Shown here: piece by piece, positions 63,256 to 64,000 of the stretch | Numbering within the stretch: the first letter of the stretch is position 1 | Layout of the letters: each line of letters starts with the position of its first letter | Source of the DNA: Eledone cirrhosa | Taxonomy: Eukaryota | Length of the DNA stretch: 64,000 nt | Assembly: GCA_964016885.1 (NCBI GenBank) | Contig: OZ024744.1 | Span: 90,582,001 to 90,646,000, forward strand | Reading direction: 5' to 3' | Notes under the pieces: model-generated | Database searches by the model: none | Seen by the model: only the letters and a program-made list of their open reading frames with translations | What the model was told of the DNA's origin: nothing | Position numbers and translations under genes: made by a program

Positions 63256-64000
63256 CTATATTATATTTTGAGATTAAACTCTCAGTCGTTTACAATTAAT
63301 AAGCTCCAAGAAAGGGACATTTCCGAGCAGTTAAATACATTAATATATATGATAAACACAAAACGTGTTTGCATTGCAACAGACAAAGTTAGCTATTAAT
63401 GAAATAAACTAATTAAAGTGAATACAATTTGTCTGTCTCGATATAAGTCAATAAAGACAAGCTTATATTGGCAAAGGCCGTGATTCCTGGACAAATTTAA
63501 ATTTCAAAATCCAAACCCGCTCCGTAGATGAATTTGAACTTCGAAACCCAAATATGTTTCGCAACGATGGTACATGAATTGAAAAATAAAGAGAATCGAA
63601 ATGGAATTGAAATAAAAAGTGAAATATCCAAATCTTCTGTGCTTATCGACAGGAATCCAGTAAAATTAGTACATTTCACCATCAAAAATTTTGCAGGTCT
63701 GACTACACGTGTGTAGCCAGGCCAAACTAGCCGTCCCGCATTCCCGGTGCTAGAAATAACAGCCGTTTATGCGGGATTAAAGATCAGCTCTACAGTTAAG
63801 GAGCAATATACTATATTATATTTTGAGATTAAACTCTCAGTCGTTTACAATTAATAAGCTCCAAGAAAGGGGCATTTCCGAGCAATTAAATACATTAATA
63901 TATATGATAAACACAAAACGTGTTTGCATAAAGTTAGCTATTAATGAAATAAACTAATTAAAGTGAATACAATTTGTCTGTCTCGATATAAGTCAATAAA
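63256..64000. repeat. ~200-bp direct repeat pair (63256-63453 / 63811-64000), period ~555 bp
   Basis: ctatattatattttgagattaaactctcagtcg...gatataagtcaataaa occurs twice with a small indel. Confidence 0.9.

Overview
Repeat-dense, AT-rich eukaryotic (metazoan) genomic DNA. The tRNA-derived SINEs, abundant RTE LINEs and (TA/CA/CAT/AAT) microsatellites suggest a cephalopod such as Octopus, but this is an inference. Most of the window is nested, decayed transposons: RTE-clade LINEs, an almost full-length Tx1/L1-clade LINE, an RLE-type (R4/Dong-like) LINE, CR1-like ends, Penelope-like fragments, two Gypsy-type LTR elements, Merlin/IS1595 and Tc1/mariner transposase relics, and MITEs. The only intact host-like ORF is an intronless effector caspase (47326-48168). 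It lies in a ~5.4-5.7 kb module with a 73-bp and an 87-bp tandem array and a small GC-rich hairpin island. The module is bounded by inverted repeats that contain a histone-mRNA-type stem-loop and TTAA, so it is a candidate caspase-carrying mobile or viral unit. A second oddity is a Gypsy insertion bounded by two apparently identical LTRs in inverted orientation with a 4-bp TSD. All alignments and coordinates were read by eye; boundaries of decayed repeats are approximate.
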